This document shows, one piece after another, positions 1 to 11,665 of a stretch of 64,000 bases of DNA. Both the position numbers and the translations under genes were made by a program. Within the stretch, counting starts at the first letter, position 1; every line of letters begins with the position of its first letter. Below the pieces are notes generated by a model. That model made no database searches, was not told the origin of the DNA, and was given only the letters and a program-made list of their open reading frames with translations. Source of the DNA: Amoebidium appalachense (Eukaryota > Protista > Ichthyosporea); NCBI GenBank assembly GCA_963693365.1, contig CAVNZM010000001.1, positions 3,240,907 to 3,304,906 of the forward strand, written 5' to 3'.

Positions 1-205
1 TTTTTATTTTTACCGCCATATCTAATAGTATGCTTCTATTTCTACCGCCATAACTAATAGTAAGTTTTTATTTTTGCTGCCATATCTAATAGTATGTTTT
101 TATTTTTACCGTTATAACTAGAAGTTTGTTTTTATTTTTACCGCCATATCTAATAGTATGTATTTATTTTTACCGTCATATCTAATAGTATGTGTCTATT
201 TTTAG
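1..205. repeat. Intronic minisatellite, ~32-bp unit (TTTTTATTTTTACCGCCATATCTAATAGTATG), about 6 copies, ending at a splice acceptor
   Basis: Unit is directly visible in tandem with substitutions; the last partial copy ends TTTTTAG at 205, just before the exon at 206. Truncated by the window start. Confidence 0.9.
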
Positions 206-688
206 GAGCAGCTTGGGCCTGATGCCGACATTGAGGCCGACTTCCAGCCCGAAGAGCACCGAACCATCGAGACAGGCCATGCCGTGGTGGTAAATTGCCT
301 CCCCCCCCCCCCCCCCCCCCCCCCTCCCCCCGGCCGCCGCCCCTCCCCCTCCCCCTGGCTTCCCCTTTGTGTGCCCGTTTGACACTGCACAAGTGCACAT
401 ACACGCACACGAACACACATTTCCGATTTTGCGTTTTGGCCCAATGTGATTTTTTTCCCCTGGTATTTTCCAAAAACAAGACTGTACATGAAGCCCCCAT
501 AATCAATTCTTGTTGATCTTAAAGTAACATGGGTCGAGTAAGAGCAGGCTTTTGAGGCAATGGGGGGGAGGGGGTGGGGGGGGCGGGGGGGGGGAGGAGG
601 GGAGGGAGGGGGTAGCACCTCTATGCCTTTCTCTCTCTCCCCTTCTCGCTCCCTCTTTCCTCTGTCGTTCTTTCCCTCTTTGCCTCTT

Positions 689-722
<34 letters not shown>

Positions 723-1088
723 TGCCCGTGTGTGTGCATGTCCCTTCCCATCTCCGCCTACCTCTCCCCCCATCCCCACACACACACACACTCTCTCTCT
801 CCCCTCCTGCCCTCCTCTCCCCCCTTCCCTCCCCTTCCCTCCTCCCCCCCCCCCCCCCCCCTCCCCTCCCTCTCTTCTTTCACCCCCGTCTCTTGCATAG
901 CCTTTAACATCCAGGAATATTCTCCCATTTGTGCCTGATTCACACAAGTGAACATGGGCTGATGCATGTTCTTCTGTGCAGAGTGCCATACGCAAATTCC
1001 CGTTTTGGGTCTGCCATCCATACACACGTCCATTGGATATCATCCCTGAAACAAAAAGAAGGCACGACGAAAAGGTAGGCAGTCTTTC

Positions 1089-1165
<77 letters not shown>

Positions 1166-2717
1166 AAAAAAAAAAAACTTCTGCTGCATTCCCTTTATTG
1201 TGTGTGCTCATCTTTTCTTTTCTTTTCTTTATTTTTATTTTTTTCCCCTCCCCAAATCTGTATTGTGTTGTCCGTTGCGAATGATGTTTTCTGCCTTTAA
1301 TCGACAATCAAGGAGGATGGGTGGAGGGGGGAGGGGGAGGAGAGATGGGGGGGGAGGGGGCAACCCGTTTATGATAGGCCTGTCTTTGGCCAACAAACGA
1401 GGAACTAGAAAAAAACAAAAGAAATCAAATGATTACTGATTTACTTTTACCTTCTTTCTTTTCCTTTCAGGAGGAGTTGGCACCTGAGCAGGTGAAGGCA
1501 GTGAAGTTGGACATGGAGCAAGTGAGAAGAGACAGGGAGGAGAGGAAACAGCGCAAACTGCAAAAGGTACTGGAAGGCCGTGTTCCACAATGGGATGGTT
1601 TTAGAGGCTTGATGTAGTGCTTGGTGTCTGACAAAGAGACAAAGCGAAATTAAAAGCACACATGCAGGAATTGAAAACACACACGCAGGAAGCAGAAACA
1701 TAACACTGAGACTCCTGCAAGGGGTTTGTAGGCATGAACACACATGCACCCATGAAGGGGGGGGAAAAAAAAAACACCCCGAAACACGTGCACAGGGTTT
1801 ATGGGCATAAAACAGACACATGCAGGCATGAAAAAACACACAGGCAGTCATGAGAACATTCACAGATACACATGTACAATCCTGCTTGCACGTATTTGCA
1901 CAGTTCGCCACCCGTCTTTGTTTGTTTCCAACTCTTTTTCTCCCTCTCCCTTCCCCCTCCCTCCCCTTTCTCCTACCTCTCACTTCGGGCACACACACCT
2001 AGATATAAATCTTCCACATGTAGCACACCTATCCCACGCTTCCGTTTTATTCACAGCACCCTTTAACAGTTTCAAACCCCATCCCCTTACTTCCTTTATA
2101 TGCAGAGAGAGAGAAATGCAAAGACATTCTCTTGTGTTGGTTGACACGTGCGCACACACAGGCACGCCCACCCGTGTGGCACGCACGCGCACACACACAC
2201 TTGTACACCTGCACTTTGCACATACCCCCCCGTCTTGGTTGCCCAAGAAAGTATTCGCAATGTCCATGTCTAGAAGTCCAGTTCCTCCTCCCCCCCCCCC
2301 CCCCCCCCCCCCTCCTCCTCCTCTCCCCTCCGGGGGCCAGCAAGCACGTGCTTAATCCGCCTGTGGGTGTGCCCATGCAGAAACTGGCAGCACGGGTGGC
2401 TGAGCTAGCAGGGGAGGGGGGGAGGGGGGAGGGTGTGCAGGTACGATGCATTGATTGGGGTGTGTGTGTCTGGGGGGGAGGGGGGGAGGGGGGGGGGGGG
2501 GGGGGGGGGGAGAAGGGCACGGGCTATGTAGAAGATGTACTGAGGTGTGTTTGCATGCTTGGTCTGTTGTGTGGATATATGGTTAGTACCTTGTGCATGG
2601 TGATTACCCCCTTTGCTGCTTTGGATCACAGCAAGCACGCACCCCTCCCCCTCCCCACCTCCCCCCCCTCTCTCTCTTCCCTCTCTCTCTTGTCTCTCTC
2701 TCTCCCTCCCTCTCTCT

Positions 2718-2789
<72 letters not shown>

Positions 2790-2966
2790 CCCCCCCCCCC
2801 CCTCCCCCCTCCCCCCCCTCTCTCTCTCTTCTCTCTCTTCCCTCTTTCTCTTCTTCTCTCTCTCTCTCTATCCCTCTTTCTTCACCTCGCACTTCGTGGG
2901 GGTGATATGCACTCTGGAACATTCGGGCACAAAGATTGGCGCTGACACGACGTGGCATGCGCACAC

Positions 2967-3031
<65 letters not shown>

Positions 3032-3244
3032 CTGAGGGAGCTATATATATCGAAGCAAATAGCACACCTGCACATGCTATCAGCCCTCACACTCACTAAT
3101 CCCCCCCCCCCCCCCCCCCCCTCTCCCCTTTCCCGGCAACAAAACATTCAGTAGCGGGACACTAACTGCTCCTTTCCCCACTACCACCACACACACAAAC
3201 GTACACACACAAACACACTCATCCCCCCCTCTCCCCCTCTCCCC

Positions 3245-3297
<53 letters not shown>

Positions 3298-3583
3298 CCG
3301 GGACACCAGCTACCTCTCGCGCATGTGCACACGGTGCCTCAAGCAGAACCCAGGCAAGGGCTGCAGCCACACCATGTGCAAGAACTGCTGTGTGCACCAC
3401 TGTGTCTCCCTGCCTGACGGGGATTGTGCCGTGCACAGGGCAAGCATAATCTACGGGAGAAAGGATCTCTCTAAATACCCTCTGATGGATATTCCTACCG
3501 CACCACCACTATCTCCCAATAAGACGGGGGTGGATGTGGGGGCCGGGGTTGAGGAGGAGGGCGGGAGTGTTGTTGCAAATTAG
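206..3583 (+). CDS. DUS1L: tRNA-dihydrouridine synthase 1-like, 3' portion; exons 206-289, 982-1074, 1471-1566, 2381-2440, 3296-3583
   Basis: Five phase-0 exons with GT-AG borders. Product contains FPFWVCHPYTRP, a charged linker and the Cys/His cluster CTRCLKQNPGKGCSHTMCKNCC...DCAVH, matching the DUS1L C-terminus as I recall it (WICQPYxRP ... CxxC.NP.G..C...C..CC...C..H). The catalytic barrel lies upstream of the window. Confidence 0.8.
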
Positions 3584-3843
3584 GAATGTGGTTGTGGGCC
3601 AATCGTATGGTGGTGTGTCATTGTGGGCCAACCGCATGTGTTCTAAACATAGGGCCGATGGCTATTCTTGGCCATTTTTTCATTCCGGGCACGTGAAACC
3701 CGGCCTTAGAGCGTTTCTGAGTGGAACGTTAGAGTTTTCATACGAAACGTGAATCGATACTCACTCTCTCTTTGATTCCATTTGCTCTGTACCTGGGCTC
3801 TCCCTGTCGCTCTTTTTCTCCCCCTCTCCTTCCCCCCCCCCCC

Positions 3844-3874
<31 letters not shown>

Positions 3875-4854
3875 ACATACCGGACCCGACCCTCCCTCCC
3901 TCCCTCCACCTTCTGTGTTTCCCTTTTGCCGTTTCGTCTTATTTTTCGGTTCTATTTTGCTCTTCTATGTGCCTAGAGTAAGGGCCAGAATAAATATCCT
4001 AGGCTTCTGCTCTGTTTCTGGTAGCATTTATACCCTCGGTTGACCGTGGATTTCGAATGGCAGATAGGCATGTCTGCAATTAGTGCTTGCCGACTTAGTC
4101 TGCTAGCCCGGGTAAGGGGAGGGGATTTGTGTGTCTGCGTGTGCGTGTGCGTGTGTATGTATGCATTTGTTTGTTTGTTTGTTTGTTTGTTTGTTTGTTT
4201 GTTTTTTTTGGGGGGGGGGGGGAGGGAGGGGGGGGATTGGGGGAGGGGGGGGGGGGGGGGAGGGGGGGGAGGGGGGGGGGGGGGGGGGGATACACAGATA
4301 TACGGGATACGATGATATGGATTGCGAAGGTGTAGTGGCACGTATTTCGTAGTGACCTAGTCTTTTATACCATATTAACTCATAGACAGAATAAGCTGAC
4401 GGTCTTAGTTGGAACCTAATTTTCTGTGTTTAAAGGGATTTTTTCTTTACAATACTTGGTGAGATATGAATCCCGCTGGTTCGGGATATAACCTGTTGGG
4501 ATAGTATTTGTCATAAGGGGTGAACGCATAGAAATCTAGAAACAAATGAAATGTTGATTTCTGGTGTTTTTGGTGATCACAGAACACCCCGTCGACTGCT
4601 ATTTTTTGGCGGGGACTTTATTTGATCCCACACAACACAGACATTGCCGTGCACACACATGCCCATAAACACACACACACAACACACGTGCACACACATG
4701 CTCTCACTCAAACACTTATCGCCGTGCGCACACACTTGTACACGCCCACACTTCCTCCCTCCCTTCCACCCTCCCTCCCGTACGTGCGCATGCACACACA
4801 CACACACACATTGCCGAGCACTCTTTCTGATATCCATGGCCGTGCCGAGACCCA

Positions 4855-4890
<36 letters not shown>

Positions 4891-5394
4891 CCCCGTACCC
4901 CTCCCTCCCTGCCCCCAAACACACACCATATGTTTGAACGTTGTAGCTTGGTAGCAGCGCCACATCAATTTAATTCAGTTGCCATATATGGGTGACCCAA
5001 TCAAAACGAACTCGATTTCACCCAATAACACTATGGATTGCTTGTGCATAACGGTGTGCCTAGCATATTGGCCACAAAAAAAATGTGCCTCCTCTCCCCC
5101 GTTATCCCCCCCCTCCCCCCCCCCCCCCCCCCCCCCTCCCCCCTAACCCCCTCCCCTCGTATTCACATGGCACCATCCCCCATCTCACCAACTCACCTCC
5201 TTGCGTACGCAAGAACCCTTTTCCCAATATCTTGCTTTAATGTGTTGTTTGAAAAAATGTTTTCAATTGTTTATTCCGTACCCTTGTTAAGGCGTGTGCA
5301 TGTGTGTGTACATGTGCTTGGGTATTATTATTAGCCTGTTTGCGTGTGTGTGTGTCTGGAGGTGGAGGGGGGAGGGGGAGGGGGAGGGGGGCAC

Positions 5395-5490
<96 letters not shown>

Positions 5491-5551
5491 TGTGCACATG
5501 TCCCGGGTTGGTGGGTGAATCGGTGTGGGTGTGGACTTCCGTCCCGGGGGG

Positions 5552-5587
<36 letters not shown>

Positions 5588-5599
5588 TATCAATTCGGA

Positions 5600-5645
<46 letters not shown>

Positions 5646-6469
5646 TAATTCATGGCAAACCCAAATAAATAACGGCAGGGCCCCGGGTTCACCGGGGTAT
5701 CTTGAAAACAAAATATGCATACAGACCTTCGAGAATTTTAGGGGATATGACGGAGGAAAAAACACACAGTGATCTTAGTGAATTGGTCCTCCACTAGGCT
5801 CACACGCACCCTTGCCACCCTTGAAACACACCCACCCACCCCCCACCCACCACCCACCCAACCACCCACCGGCCACCCCACCCTCAAAGATCCACACCGG
5901 GACCATTCATTCCCCTTATTTCAGTCCTTTTGGCTTCTTGCAGCTGTGTGAATAATAAGAGGACAACCCGATTGGAAAACGAATGGTATCGCTTTCCCCG
6001 TTTCCAAGTTTATGGTTGTACACTTTCGTATATGTGATTAAACTGTCTGGAAGTTCAGATCCCCGGGCACCGAGCCCCTTTCCCCTAACCGTTTCCCCCT
6101 ACAGGTAGAACCAACACACACACTCTTTTCAGCACAAGCACATACACCAACAGCCCCATATACATGTATGATGCCCACACAGCCACACCAGGCAACTTAA
6201 GGAACTTGGTTTTCATTTCAATTGGTGTGCTTGGATGGCCGCGTGGCCCAATGTGAGCACGTTTGGATCATATTCGATGATGACAACACACGGTGGGCCA
6301 ATAGTATACTATCACCTTTCCCTATGATAGTAACCAAACCTATGTAAAAATCGGCATAATAGGTCACATTAGAATCTGGGCACACCCTATTAAGCCTAGA
6401 GAGTTAAAGACTGTTTTTTTTTTGTTTTTTTTTTATTTTATTTTTTTGTTTTTGTTTTTGTGTGTGTGT

Positions 6470-6547
<78 letters not shown>
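6470..6547. repeat. Poly-G homopolymer, about 78 nt (longest of very many G/C runs)
   Basis: Directly visible; exact length may be affected by sequencing error. Confidence 0.9.
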
Positions 6548-6548
<1 letters not shown>

Positions 6549-6633
6549 GGGGAGAGTGGGGAGGGGGAGGGGGAAGAGGGAAAGGGTGGTGGGAGGGAGG
6601 GGGGCTTTGGGGAGGAGAGGGGAGGGGAGTAGC

Positions 6634-6670
<37 letters not shown>

Positions 6671-7485
6671 GGGGTCCCTCCCCTTTGCATCCCCACCCCC
6701 ACCCACCAGCCCTTTCCCCTGGGCCTCGCACTTGTTTCTCCCAAACTTAAAGGCTGCCCCCTACCACCAACTTCATACTTGGTTTGTACCTTCGTTCCAA
6801 CCCTTCAAGTATTTACTCGTCATAATAGACCATGTGCATTCTGGGCGTTTCGGGTTAGTGAATGATGCCACGTGTGTGTTTGAGCTGTGTGTGTAGGCAT
6901 GTGTGCTTCGTGCGTGCGTGCGTGCGTACGTACGTGCGTACGTACGTGCGTGCGTGTGTGCGTGTGTGTGTGTGTGTGTGCGTGTGTGCGTGTGTGCATG
7001 CTTGAGTGCGTGTGTGCGTGCGGATGTGCGTATGGGCCGTGTGTGTACTTGTGAGTGCGTGTACGTCTGTGCTGTGTGCCGCATGTTGCCTTTTGATATT
7101 GTGGAACCCTGAGGGAACACCGTGTTGTTTGGGCGACTGCTGATATCACATGAAGAGGTTTGGTGGCAAAGCAAGTGACAGCAGTATACTAATGTAATGT
7201 GTGGAAGTTCAAACAGAAAAGAAGAAAATGGCGTGCTGGCGCAGTGGCGGATGTTGATGAGGTGGCGATCTGTGCCTGTGTGCGTGTCATATGATGGGGG
7301 ATGCATGGACGGGAAGCGGAAGGGGGGAGGGGGAGTAAGGGGGGGGGGGGGGGGGGTGAGGGGGGAGGCTGAGGGGTGTGGCTCGATAGACTATACATCG
7401 AGTATGCAACCAGCTACTAACCTAGGCCGTAAGGCGCCGGGTTGGCGTAATTGATGCGGCGGGAGAGATCTAAGAAGAAACATGG

Positions 7486-7520
<35 letters not shown>

Positions 7521-7761
7521 GATGGGGGGAAGAGGTTGGAGGGGGAGGGGGAAGGCCGGTGGGGCGGGTCACCCGCAAGTGGCCTATATACTATTCATAT
7601 ATATTCATAGCACGTCATATATCTATGTATATTCACATATATTCGCATATATTCGCATATACTCGTATAAAGTTTACATATTTATTTATGATACGCTTGC
7701 CGTAGTATTCGTATCTAATAAAAATAGTTCTATATATTACCGGTGCGGGTGACCCCGGGGA

Positions 7762-7796
<35 letters not shown>

Positions 7797-8337
7797 GGGG
7801 GGGGGGGGGGGGGGGGGGGGGGAATGGCATAGGTGTGCACTCAGTGTATGGTAGCCTGAAGTTTTCACGTATATGTCTTAAAGGGTTTGAGTATGTCAAC
7901 AATGCGGTACCGCAATAATATAGCAGCTCACCGATATCCCCGGAACTTGAACCCCACATGGGCATTAAGATAATTGTTCTCCCCTTCCCCCCCCCTCCCC
8001 CCCCCCCCCCCCCCCCCCCCCCAACCCACCACCACCAAAAAAAAAAAAAGAAAAGAAAAGAACAGAAAAAAATTGAAAGAAAGAAAGGTTGAGGGCTTCC
8101 CAATGGGCCATCCCTCTTCAGAAATATCCCACAAACTTAAGATTCTTATCAGTCAAGAATCCAGGTCCAAGAGTTTGTGAGGACTGTGGCACCCTATATA
8201 GGCCAGAGGGCAGGCAAGTGTAGCATCGACTCGCAGACATGATTAGCACTAGGACAGCTACTGTGGATCTATTAGGAGGAATGCGACATATAGTAGTACT
8301 GGATTGGAAGCCGAGAGAGGGAGGGTGGAAGGGGTAT

Positions 8338-8386
<49 letters not shown>

Positions 8387-9811
8387 GTGGGGCCGGAAGG
8401 GGGAGAGGGGAGGGGGGGTCTCGAGGGGGGGAGGCAGGAAATGGCTACCGATACCAAAATTTGTCGACTCAAGCCACATGTGGTCCTGCAATGGTTGAAT
8501 CCGCCTAACTACTAGTAGGGGTTTAATTGACGGTTTTAGAACCTTTCTTTGGGATGCACACCGTACGTACGTATACCATATTAGAGAAGCAGTTCATGGA
8601 TTGTAAATGGCTGGCTGGTGTGGGTCTTTCATATTATTTGTGTGTGTGTGTGTGGCCCAGGGGAATGGGCAAGGAGGGGAAGGGGGGGAGGGGGGGGGGG
8701 GGGGGAGGAGGGGGGGGGGGGGGGGGGAGGAGCCTCGGAGGGACAGGGCTTCGGAGAAGGAGCGGGGGGAAGGGGAGGGGGAAGATCTGGGGGAAGGCCC
8801 TATTGCGGAGGGGGGGGGGGGGGGGGGAAGACAGGGATGTGGAGCTGGCTATTTCTCTTCCTTCTCCCCCCCCCCCCCCCCCCTCCCCCTCCCCCCCCCC
8901 CCCCCCTCTCCCCCCCCCCCAAAAAAGACCCTCATACTGATAACAAATAAACTGTAAATAAATAAATATCATAAACATCATCATGACACGGGCCACCGTC
9001 GTGACGGTACAGGCTATTTTTAACGAAGTTCGGAAGACCATATACGTATGGCAGTAGTGAGTGTTGCGTCTGTCTTCAGCCTACTGAGGTTGTCAACATC
9101 TGCAGGCCCAGCCCCGTGCGCACACCATATAGCTATTTTTGATGGTGTTGGGCAGCCTGGGCAGATCCCGTTGTGCCATCGTATGATGCATGATGGTTTC
9201 GGTGCGCACGTAAAAATATGGCCATTATTAGCTTGTATGCGTGCGCTTGTTATTTTACTAGTTGTTTGGGCCTACTTCCAGTTGTAGCATAGTATAATAG
9301 CTGCTAATTCTATCAGGGGTGTCTGCCAGAGTGTGCATACGTCCAAGTTGTTACAACACTATTATGATGTACGGGTGGCACTGGGCACACCCGCCACCTA
9401 CAATACGGATTACCCGTAGCAATACTCGGTGACGACGACGCCAGGCCCCGGCGCGCGCGGAGCTCGAGGCTCGCTGCTCTCGTTCTTGGCATCGCCACAA
9501 GCTGTGGAAACGGTTACAACCTTGCCAGAAATTTCGGCGGTCACGGTGAAGGGGTATACGTATTGTGTACACTGTATGGCATATGTGCATGTGACCATCT
9601 GGCACATATCTGCAGAGGGTCTGGCTGGCACAGTGCAGCCAAGGACATGTGCCGTTACGAACTGCCGTGACGTGCGTGCACGCGTGTGTGTCGGACAACT
9701 CGCCGCCCTCGGACAAATCGATTTCACGATCCCACGGTGGAGTCAAGACTTATTATATCACAGATATCATTGCTCTAATCCTAATTTAGAACACATGGAT
9801 TAGGGGGGGAA

Positions 9812-9853
<42 letters not shown>

Positions 9854-11445
9854 CGGACACGACTTCAGGATTCATGACGAGCACTGTGGCCCACGCACAG
9901 ATATGCTCAAATCGATAAATATGATTGGATAACGGCGCATCAAACTTTTTGGTTGCGATTGGCTGCACGGGTTCCAAAACTTAAACCAATCACATTGTGC
10001 GGAGCTAAGCGGGCGCTTTTGAGTTTTGACACCCCGATCTCCTCTGATAGATGTCCAAAGTGGGGTTTTACTTTTTCATCAGGTAGCAAAGTGCGTGGAG
10101 CATGTCCAAAGCCTGTAGAAAATTAGCTGATAAGCCTTATCATTTGAGTAAAAATGACCTAAATTTCATGAAATTCTTTAATTAAATATTCGTGTAAGGT
10201 AATGAAACGTGGGAATTGTTTTTTCAAGAAATTTTATTTAAGAAATCATCCGACAATATATATTTGCATTTTTAATTTTCATAGAAAAGAACTCCATCTT
10301 ATACAAATCAGCTGTTGCAGTTATCTGTGGTGTTAATGGGCTATAAACGATCTGTAACTAGTATACCTGGTTTGGCCCAGGTGTTATTGAACATATACTA
10401 TTGGAGTCGTTCACTCATATATGTGCGGGAGGCCAGCCATTAGCTCAGGCGCTGACAAGCAGTCAGGCAGCCTGTAGGCTGTGGCCCACGCACATCGAGC
10501 CCTTTAGACTCTAGGAAGATATTTCTAGCCAATAGAAGAGGGTTCTAGTTTCATGCGATCCGGATCCCCCAAAACTTCAGTCTTTGTATCATCCGTGGAT
10601 TCCGTACAATAGAGGCACGGAACACCAACCTTGAGGTTAGAATAGCCTTCCTAGCCAGAATCAAGTCTTGATGCAACATATGGTTTTGCTATGAACTATA
10701 TTTCGCAAGTTTCGCCCTCTCCTATATATGCTATGGAGCTCTGTTTGCCTCGAGGCTTATGTGCAGACGTCGCTCATGACTGATTGGTCTCTTCTCCATC
10801 CGAAAGATTTCATTGGCAATGTCGACCTGCCGCCTGGCGCCCAGTCAGAACTGAGACTTCCCAAAGAGGTCATATGTGGGGGGCGGTTTACTGGCGGATG
10901 CATATCTATCAATAAGTGTAACCTGTTAGCTAATGCAATAGAACCGGAGGTTATTCGGGTTTTATTCTCTTTTCTCCCTCTCTTCCTCAATATATCCGTT
11001 TTAAAATGACTATCCTAGATCACCTTATTAATGCTGCACAGTATGATATTGTGATACGGTGCCTTAACTTTCTTTCGGAGCCTACCGATGCTAGCCTCTG
11101 CTTACCCATAATGTGTATTAGGGGTGTCGTATACTACGATGGCGCTAATTGTTGCCTAGCATGTACATGTCACTAGCTGCATTTGATTGGCTGCGCTGGA
11201 AAACGCAGTAGGCCGTCAAGTGTGGCTGGGCCCCCGGCAGTGTCCACGCAATAAAAAGTGTGTGAACCCCAAGAGGTCATTCCACTGGTTGCCGATAATC
11301 GCTCAAAGTACATGTGCATATATGTTCGTGAATACAAAGTGCATAAACCCCCCCTAAATCATGTAACGCGATCAGGATTCATCAATCCGTGTGGCACGAA
11401 CAAAATCTTCTGCACGCGCATCTCCGTCGAAACTGGAATGGAACC

Positions 11446-11452
11446 TATAAAA
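11446..11452 (+). promoter_or_regulatory. Putative TATA box (TATAAAA) of the T-box gene
   Basis: CTATAAAAG about 220 bp upstream of ATG 11666; inverted CCAAT (GATTGG) near 11185. Confidence 0.4.
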
Positions 11453-11665
11453 GCCGCACATACGCCATTTCCGTGTCGTTGAAGAGAAAAGTGCGCGAGG
11501 CTCAGATTCAACCGTGCAGACACAAATGGGCAACTGAAGAGAAGACAAACGCGACAAAAACCAAAAACGTGCATTTTCCATATTGCCGTTTAACGCAGTA
11601 CACAGAAGGGGTTTTTTGTTGCCTCTCTGTCAAATAACATAAAAAAGTATAGAAGTAGAGAGAGA

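Noticed and set aside
1-205. CRISPR-like appearance of the 32-bp repeats
   Set aside because: Units are head-to-tail with no unique spacers, there are no cas genes, and the context is a eukaryotic intron.
9314-10036. hAT-like ends CAGGGGTGTC ... GACACCCCG
   Set aside because: Only 8 bp of inverted match and no 8-bp target-site duplication.
9429-11009. Non-repetitive ORFs 9429-9803 and 10728-11009 (similarly 26274-26663, 31096-31401, 53023-53343)
   Set aside because: No recognisable motifs or splice-supported context, and the lengths are compatible with chance.
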